Part shown: positions 57,891-64,000 of the stretch, in pieces
Layout: each line of letters begins with the position of its first letter
Numbering within the stretch: the first letter of the stretch is position 1
Source: an uncultured Roseburia sp.
GTDB taxonomy: Bacteria > Bacillota > Clostridia > Lachnospirales > Lachnospiraceae
Assembly (NCBI GenBank): GCA_910584215.1
Contig: CAJTYI010000002.1
Span: 21,249-85,248 of the forward strand
Direction: 5' to 3'
Length of the DNA: 64,000 nucleotides
The notes under the pieces: model-generated
Databases searched by the model: none
Seen by the model: only the letters and a program-made list of their open reading frames with translations
What the model was told of the DNA's origin: nothing
Program-made: the position numbers and the translations under genes

Positions 57891-60800
57891 TTAAATACGT
57901 TTTACAGCATCATAGTAATTATGAGAACCGCTCACGGCTTCCACCGACTGCATCTGTAAGATGCCTATGGTCTGCGGATTGGACGAGAGCTGTCTGTTTA
58001 ACTCCTGGGCAAATGATGCCGGATCGTTGACCCCGTTCATGATGATGCCTCCCATATCTATATGGATATCGCCGACTCTCTGATTGTTGACCGTTGCCAG
58101 CACAGATGTGGGCATGTCAGGCAATACAGGAGCGATATTGACATGTTTCATCAGTTCTTCCGGCGGTATTTTGGAGATATCCCATAGGTTCTTTGACATT
58201 TCATCCGTAAACACCATGTCACCTGCCCCAAGCGGTGTAAACACCGCAGAATCGGAAGACCGAAAGATTAGCTCTTCTCCCCTCTCCTGTGTCAATGCAA
58301 GCTGATCCTGCGCAATGTGCCTAGAACCGTCGGCAAAACCCTTGATGCCAAGGGATTTTAACTTCTGATAAAGATTGCCGTTTTTTTTGCCATCATTATG
58401 TGTAATGCCAATTAATTTTGCCAGTTCTTTCATTTTAGCGCCGGAAAGCACCTTTCCTTTGCCTTTATAAAGCTTCCCTTGATTGTCATAAAGAACCTGG
58501 TTGAGCGCCGAGAAGTCTTTCTTTTTCTTATTCTTAGCCACTTTCGCGGCATCTTCCACATTTTTCTTTATGAAATTCATAGCATCTTCTTGTTGCTTCT
58601 TTTTCAAAACTAAATCCAGTGTCTCTTCACGACTCCATGAAATGTTCTCCAATTGATACGGGTTTTGATCGGCAACATATCTTCTCACCAACGCCCCCTC
58701 TGTGTCATTTGTATACGTCTCTGCTACTGGCGGTGTTAGAGGCGGCGCTGCGGGCGGGGCGCTCTCTGCTGCTGCTTTTTCTGCATCCACTTTATTACGG
58801 GTATACTCTCCCGCGCCCATACTTCCCGTAGCAGCATCAGCTAGGTCCTTGGATATTTCTCCACCGCTTCCAAGCCCGGCAACGAGGCCGTTTAAGGTTT
58901 CCAATACCGTATTTGTATTGCCAATCAATCCCTCAATGTTTCCCAGCAGCGCATTGGTGTCATCCAGCTTGTCGTTCACAAATCTCTCATAATTTGTATA
59001 TAGTTCATCCAGCATATTATCCATATCCGAAAGATATTTATTATACTCCGTCTCTTCCAGATCTCTCTGCGCTTCTTCCAGCTCAACCTTAAGCTTCTGG
59101 ACTTTAGTTTTTGCCTCCTCTGTGCCATTGTTGCCGTAAGCATTCAGCTGTTTTTGCAAATCGGCTATATTTTTCGTCTTTTCCGAAATGGTTTTCTCAT
59201 AGTCATAAGCATCCTTTTCACTGTGTTTTAAGTCCTTATACTTCTGTATCAGATCACTGAGAGAGTCGAGCTGTGTCTCATAGCCTTCCCTGGCCAGATC
59301 TACGATCGCCTGCTTCTCATCCTCTGCGGCAAGACGCGCATCCCTCTGGGCATCCTCTAACTCCCTCATACGCTGTATCACTTTTTCGTCCGAAAGATCG
59401 GCGGCCTTCATCAGTTCCTGATATTCTTCCGCGTATCCTTTTGCCTGCGCCATATAACTTTCATAATTGACGTTATGTAATGCAAGGGACGTTTTACCGT
59501 AATCGGTAAAATTACCGTCATCATCCGTCATTTTTTCCTTGTCCAGCAAACTAAGGTAGTAGTCGGTCTCACTGTTGAGGCGTTTCGCACTCTCCATCCC
59601 CTTGTCAAATGCATCCCATCTGATCTGGCGTATCTGGTCATTATATTCTGCAACTGACTGGGTAGACGCATCGATCGCATTGGTCACATCATTGATTGCC
59701 TCTATCATCTGATACCATTCTTCAGAACCTGTTTGAACGCTTCCCGCAGCTACTGCTTCATTCAGGCTCTTTTGCATTGCCTCGCGCTTTTTGACAAGTT
59801 CTTGCTGTTCGGCGGTCTCCACGCTCAACAAGCCTTTATAATAAGACGTTGTCGGCTTCTTCCCCTGGCTCTCTGCCTGAGAAATCTGGTTCTGAATGAG
59901 AGTCTTTTTCTGTTCGTCTGCGGCAATCTGGTTGTCATACTCCGCCGCAATATTATCAAATTTCTCCATCGCCAGGTCGGCTTTCTCCTGTTTCGAGGTC
60001 TCCGCAAACAGCTCCGCCGCCGCCTTGTCGGTATTGTACGCTTCCAGATAGGCGTTGTACTGCACACATGAGTTGTAAAGTTTTCCGTTATCGTTTAATC
60101 CTGCTGCTTTGTCCAGAAAATCTTTTGGTATTTTCTTGCCCGATTTGGTGTACTTTTTCAAGGATTTTAACAGGGATTTGTTCTCTTTGGTGCCCTTAAA
60201 GTTCTTGATCGCCCGCTTGGCGCTGTTTAAATTCTTTTTGTCTTTGGCCACAGCATCGTCATAGGCATCCTGCTGCCTGTCAATCGCGCCGCTCTTTTTG
60301 TCGATCAGCTTATTTTTTTGCTTCGCTGTTGTGGCATTGTCTATCTTAGCGTCATAAAGCTCCTTTTTGTCATCTTGTTTTTCCACTTTAGAAGATGCCG
60401 TCTCCCCGGCCAACGCGGCCGCGGCTTTGGCATTTTCCGCCATAGTCTTTTTCATTTCCTGTAAGGAAGCGTTGTTCGCGTCGATGCGCTGGTTGTATTC
60501 GTACCACGCTTCGGAACCCTCCTTTACCGTAGATTTCAGATTTTCCAACTCTCTGTTCTGTTCGATCGTATAGGCAATCTGCTGCCGGAGATTTTTGTTC
60601 ATATTTTTGTAATTGACCTTACCGGCGGAAAATCCCCATGCCTCCTTTATGTCGATACGCCCCTGGATTCGGTCGTTTTTGCCGGACAGCTTTTCGAGCA
60701 GGTTATCGTACTGCGTGATGAGAAGCTCGATTTTTGCCTGCATGAGTTCGGTTTGTTCGCGTTTTAAGTCTTCCACTGCCTCCCCGCAGGCGAGGGCCTT

Positions 60801-63800
60801 TTCATACCATTCCTGGTATTCTTTGATCTTTTCTTTTAACCCGTCGTCCGTGACATCCGCCATGTTCAGGCTTCCATCACGCACTTGTGCCGCCCACTGC
60901 TCATCAAGGCCGACCGCGTACGCCTTTTCCATATAGGTTTGATATGCCTGCTGCTGTGCGTTGATCTGCTGTTTTACATTGGAAAGCGCCGATTCGTATG
61001 ATTTCGCACGCGTATCCAGCGTCTGGAAGGCGTCTGCACCCGCGGATTTTAACTTTTCAAATGCGCTGGAGAGGCGGTTTAAGAGGGTTTCGATGAAATT
61101 GAATGTTTCGACGGTGGCTTCCTTTTCTTTTTCTTTGGCAGGCGAAGCTGATTTAGCGGCGTTATTTGGCGTCTTTTTACCATGATATTGCAGCGCAGGT
61201 TCCACATTTGCAGCTTTCAATAAACTCTCTAATTTCTCTTTGTAATACTGGGCATAATAATCTTCTGTACTATTTTGCCCCGTCTCACCAACTGTTTTCG
61301 TCTTATAATCTGCCCATTCCGCAGCATATTGCGCCAAAGACAGCGCTGCAACTGTGCCGAGTGCTGCATTGGCTATACTATTTAATGCGTTAATTTTGTC
61401 TGTACTGCTGATTTGAGCATTGTTAAAATCAATTTCCTGCAGCATTAACCGATATAACTCATTGTTTAAAATCCCGACACTTTCTGCCTCTGCCATAAGC
61501 TCATCGATACGCACTCCCGTAATTTGACTTAAATCCTGCTTAGCCAGAAATTCTGCCGCTTCCTGTCTAGCCAGTTCCGCTTCCACGATAGCCGCCGCAT
61601 TTGATACGCCATATTGCTCCAGCATATCTATCGTCAATTGTTTTGTTGCACTGCTAACTCCGTTTAAAATTCCCTTTGAATCGATCCACGCTTTTATCAG
61701 CGTATCAAATGCTTTTTGGCAACCTTCGATATCATTCGGCGAATTTGTCATTAGATCAATAAAATGTTGGTATTCCTCCTCCATTCCCGCAAAATTTTTG
61801 GAAAATTTTGCGCTGTTTAAACTGCTAAAATCAAATTCACCACCGTTTTTTACATCGGAATAAATTTTATTCAGTTGTTCAAATCCGCCTGACATATCGG
61901 ACAAAGCGTCTATCATTTGAGATTTTGAAAAGGAAGAATATAGTTTGATCAAATCACCTGTGTCATTTTTTAGTCCCTTTTGATATTCTCTCCAGTTTTT
62001 GACCTGCTCATTGATATCATAGACACCTTGATTAATTTCCATATATTTCTTTTTTTGTTCTACGGTCAATTTTGACAATTCTTCCTGATAAGCAATACTG
62101 TCCTGGTAACGTTTTAATTCTTCTCCGGCAGATATCATCCCATCACCGTTAAAATCCCATAGCATCTGATCGAATTCCTTATTAACGCTATCAATCTCCT
62201 CATCTGTAGATATCAAGTCCCAATTAATCAAAATATTATTATCTTTAAAATATCTTTTGATTTGTTCCCATCTGGCAGCTAGTGTATTGGCATCGACAGA
62301 CATATCAAATAGATCAGCAAACTCAAACCCCAGTTCTCCTGTCGCTTGTTCGATCTCATCGGCAAAACTAAGTACCTCCCTGTTCAAAAAACCGGTGGTA
62401 TCACCATTATATTCCTCCTGAATAATCTTCATGGCGGAAATATCCAAATCACCAACTAAAAGCTGCATTATTTTTCTCTGTTTGTCATTTTCGGCGTTTA
62501 AATATTTGTACGCACCAATCATACCTTGCAACATGTCATCTCGATATTCACACCAGTAATCATCTACCTGCTCCTGCATATTATCCGTATCGTTTTGCAG
62601 AGCCCACATTTGTTCATTGATTTCATTAAGATACGCCTCCACAGCAACATAAAACTGGTCCATAATGCTATTATTATTCCCTAATACTCTGGCAATTTCT
62701 TCTTCATCAATTTTTAATGTTCCCTGATCAATGTCAAATTCTGCAGCACCCATCAAAGCATCTTTATCTATCCTATCCAGCTCATCTGTCTTATCAATAA
62801 TGTTATCAAAAATATTCTTTAGATTAGTATAATATTGCATTAATTCTTTATCATTCACATCCCATGACATTTGGGGAGAAACTTTCCTATTCTGCACGGC
62901 CTTTAATATTTGTTTATATCTCTCGATCGACTCATTATTTTTTTCAATCTGATCATCCAATCCATCATCTCCATCCGGCTGATAAATTATGGTGTAGATG
63001 TCATCAAAGCCGGCTGATAAATTCTTCCACACTTCCCTTGCATTGGCTAGTTCTTCTTTCTGGATGAGGAGATCTAACTTTTCGGCAGCAGCTTGTGCGT
63101 TATCACCGAGATCAAGTATCGCATTGCCCTCTTCATCTATGCCAATTTTTAGTTCCGGAAACATCTCTGCCAGTTTGTTATTCGTGGCGATAAATTTATC
63201 AAATTCCTCCGTGCTCAGATTCACATTTTTATTTTGTAAGGTATCTACGCCCCCCATTAAGCCAGCATAACTCTCTTTTGCTTCACCAACCACTTTTTTA
63301 TGATCGAAAAGCTTCTTATTCATATCGTCAATTTTCGACTGAAATTCTTCGATAGATGCTTTCGCATCTTTTAACGCCTGCGCAGCCTCCTCCTGTTTTT
63401 TCTTCTGATAGGACAATACCTTTGTAAAAATAGTAATCCCCGTTGTAATGGCAGTTATAATCAACCCAATTGGATTAGATAACCAAGCAGCCTTAACCGC
63501 ATTTAGAGCCCCTCGGAAAGAAAATGCAGATTTTGCGGCTGTAATTTGTGCTTCCGCAAGTCCCAGTGTTTGCAATTTCTGCCTGCCTTGCTGATCTGCA
63601 AGACCCATGCCTTCCAATATGGTTAATCGCTGCTCCTCATTTAATTGTTTGGAAGAGAGTACAGCCTTCAGCTGACTGTCACTCATTCCGGCACATGCTT
63701 TCCCCACAGCCTTCAGCTGACTGTCACTCGTTCCCTGATTCAACTTCTGCATCGCCAATATCATCTGCTTCGTTCCCTGTTTTGCCCGTACCATATTTTC

Positions 63801-64000
63801 AGCAAGAGCACTAATATCTCTTGGCGCATTGATATCTCTCAGATTGATCAGAGACTCTTCTAACAAATTGCACTGTTCCAAAAGTTTAACAAAATCCTGA
63901 GTCGTCTCCTTAATGTCAGGAAAAATTGTATTTTCATTTTCTTTTATAGCTCCTGTATCTGATGTTACACTGCTCCCCTTTTCTGTGCTAGTTTGTGAAT
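57891..64000 (-). CDS. phage tail tape-measure-like coiled-coil protein (>2000 aa, 5' end outside window)
   Basis: KAAWLSNPIGLIITAI segment; long helical region; C-terminal GFADGS...TQERGEELI; frame stays open to the window edge. Confidence 0.75.
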   Translation of the reverse strand, partial: SQTSTEKGSSVTSDTGAIKENENTIFPDIKETTQDFVKLLEQCNLLEESLINLRDINAPRDISALAENMVRAKQGTKQMILAMQKLNQGTSDSQLKAVGKACAGMSDSQLKAVLSSKQLNEEQRLTILEGMGLADQQGRQKLQTLGLAEAQITAAKSAFSFRGALNAVKAAWLSNPIGLIITAITTGITIFTKVLSYQKKKQEEAAQALKDAKASIEEFQSKIDDMNKKLFDHKKVVGEAKESYAGLMGGVDTLQNKNVNLSTEEFDKFIATNNKLAEMFPELKIGIDEEGNAILDLGDNAQAAAEKLDLLIQKEELANAREVWKNLSAGFDDIYTIIYQPDGDDGLDDQIEKNNESIERYKQILKAVQNRKVSPQMSWDVNDKELMQYYTNLKNIFDNIIDKTDELDRIDKDALMGAAEFDIDQGTLKIDEEEIARVLGNNNSIMDQFYVAVEAYLNEINEQMWALQNDTDNMQEQVDDYWCEYRDDMLQGMIGAYKYLNAENDKQRKIMQLLVGDLDISAMKIIQEEYNGDTTGFLNREVLSFADEIEQATGELGFEFADLFDMSVDANTLAARWEQIKRYFKDNNILINWDLISTDEEIDSVNKEFDQMLWDFNGDGMISAGEELKRYQDSIAYQEELSKLTVEQKKKYMEINQGVYDINEQVKNWREYQKGLKNDTGDLIKLYSSFSKSQMIDALSDMSGGFEQLNKIYSDVKNGGEFDFSSLNSAKFSKNFAGMEEEYQHFIDLMTNSPNDIEGCQKAFDTLIKAWIDSKGILNGVSSATKQLTIDMLEQYGVSNAAAIVEAELARQEAAEFLAKQDLSQITGVRIDELMAEAESVGILNNELYRLMLQEIDFNNAQISSTDKINALNSIANAALGTVAALSLAQYAAEWADYKTKTVGETGQNSTEDYYAQYYKEKLESLLKAANVEPALQYHGKKTPNNAAKSASPAKEKEKEATVETFNFIETLLNRLSSAFEKLKSAGADAFQTLDTRAKSYESALSNVKQQINAQQQAYQTYMEKAYAVGLDEQWAAQVRDGSLNMADVTDDGLKEKIKEYQEWYEKALACGEAVEDLKREQTELMQAKIELLITQYDNLLEKLSGKNDRIQGRIDIKEAWGFSAGKVNYKNMNKNLRQQIAYTIEQNRELENLKSTVKEGSEAWYEYNQRIDANNASLQEMKKTMAENAKAAAALAGETASSKVEKQDDKKELYDAKIDNATTAKQKNKLIDKKSGAIDRQQDAYDDAVAKDKKNLNSAKRAIKNFKGTKENKSLLKSLKKYTKSGKKIPKDFLDKAAGLNDNGKLYNSCVQYNAYLEAYNTDKAAAELFAETSKQEKADLAMEKFDNIAAEYDNQIAADEQKKTLIQNQISQAESQGKKPTTSYYKGLLSVETAEQQELVKKREAMQKSLNEAVAAGSVQTGSEEWYQMIEAINDVTNAIDASTQSVAEYNDQIRQIRWDAFDKGMESAKRLNSETDYYLSLLDKEKMTDDDGNFTDYGKTSLALHNVNYESYMAQAKGYAEEYQELMKAADLSDEKVIQRMRELEDAQRDARLAAEDEKQAIVDLAREGYETQLDSLSDLIQKYKDLKHSEKDAYDYEKTISEKTKNIADLQKQLNAYGNNGTEEAKTKVQKLKVELEEAQRDLEETEYNKYLSDMDNMLDELYTNYERFVNDKLDDTNALLGNIEGLIGNTNTVLETLNGLVAGLGSGGEISKDLADAATGSMGAGEYTRNKVDAEKAAAESAPPAAPPLTPPVAETYTNDTEGALVRRYVADQNPYQLENISWSREETLDLVLKKKQQEDAMNFIKKNVEDAAKVAKNKKKKDFSALNQVLYDNQGKLYKGKGKVLSGAKMKELAKLIGITHNDGKKNGNLYQKLKSLGIKGFADGSRHIAQDQLALTQERGEELIFRSSDSAVFTPLGAGDMVFTDEMSKNLWDISKIPPEELMKHVNIAPVLPDMPTSVLATVNNQRVGDIHIDMGGIIMNGVNDPASFAQELNRQLSSNPQTIGILQMQSVEAVSGSHNYYDAVKRI

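Overview
Chromosomal window from a Bacillota (Clostridia) genome; the gene content suggests Lachnospiraceae. Housekeeping genes include pgi (partial), murG, mecA, ybaB, dnaX, pfkA, a flavodiiron protein and tRNA-Ser(CGA). Five accessory blocks sit among them. (1) A minus-strand Tad/Flp pilus operon (~6.4-15.9 kb), with an Flp pilin missed by the ORF track and a 50-bp tandem repeat. (2) A stand-alone flagellin-fliS pair. (3) A secreted ~990-aa protein whose core carries the motif series of GT80 (PM0188-type) sialyltransferases. (4) A ~16-kb island (28.2-44.3 kb) that looks like a RiPP/peptide-signalling system. It encodes two Cys-rich double-glycine (Nif11/NHLP-type) precursors, a third leader-like peptide, a radical SAM/SPASM enzyme, NHLP-type exporters, a GH3 acyl-adenylating enzyme, a MATE-HATPase fusion, an ECF sigma factor, an RsbU/V/W-like module and a LytTR two-component system. 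(5) A very large tape-measure-like ORF running off the right edge with no tail genes downstream. The best candidates for an undescribed system are the rSAM+GH3 island and the exported sialyltransferase-like protein. All calls come from motif recognition by eye; no database searches were run.
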